Assembly (NCBI GenBank): GCA_963823665.1
Contig: CAWGMQ010000010.1
Span: 2,592,001-2,656,000 of the forward strand
DNA length: 64,000 bases
From: an uncultured Planctomycetota bacterium
GTDB taxonomy: Bacteria; Planctomycetota; Planctomycetia; Isosphaerales; Isosphaeraceae
Direction of reading: 5' to 3'
Made by a program: the position numbers and the translations under genes. Positions within the stretch are counted from its first letter, which is position 1; every line of letters begins with the position of its first letter. This document shows, piece by piece, positions 63,919-64,000 of this stretch. The notes beneath the pieces were generated by a model that searched no databases, was not told the origin of the DNA, and saw only the letters and a list, made by a program, of their open reading frames with translations.

Positions 63919-64000
63919 CCTCCCACGAGGCTAGCCCGCGCCTCGCCCGGCGATCGTTTTTCGCGCGACTCGGGCGAGCGCTCCCAGCAACCTCGCGCGT

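Overview
GC-rich Planctomycete chromosomal window, most likely Isosphaeraceae-like. This is inferred from DUF1501/DUF1800/DUF1559 genes, a TIGR02999-type ECF sigma paired with a Ser/Thr kinase, and LE(G/A)RxL(M/L)(S/T) planctomycete extracellular motifs. About 1-21.9 kb is mostly core genome: HhH-GPD glycosylase, rpsT, TPR protein, gluconolactonase, infA, GT39-like, RNase HII-like, ParA, Uma2, cdd, sulfite reductase, LolA-like, a DUF11 pair, a redoxin/cytochrome c/Cu-monooxygenase fusion and DUF1501. About 21.9-46.7 kb is a mosaic accessory region with ECF sigmas, DUF1800/DUF1501, an STK-TPR, glycoside hydrolases, and IS1634, IS630 and RAYT remnants. It carries several short duplicated gene fragments and two copies of a ~0.7-1 kb non-coding module that begins with a 68-bp-period triple repeat. 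About 46.7-56.6 kb is a MoxR-DUF58-VWA (Bat-like) operon. About 56.7-63.9 kb holds a degenerate NACHT/STAND-WD40 gene divergent from a trypsin-like protease and an STK-WD40. Single-base frameshifts occur throughout, even in infA, so most split ORFs are probably long-read consensus errors rather than true pseudogenes. No tRNA, rRNA or cas genes were seen.
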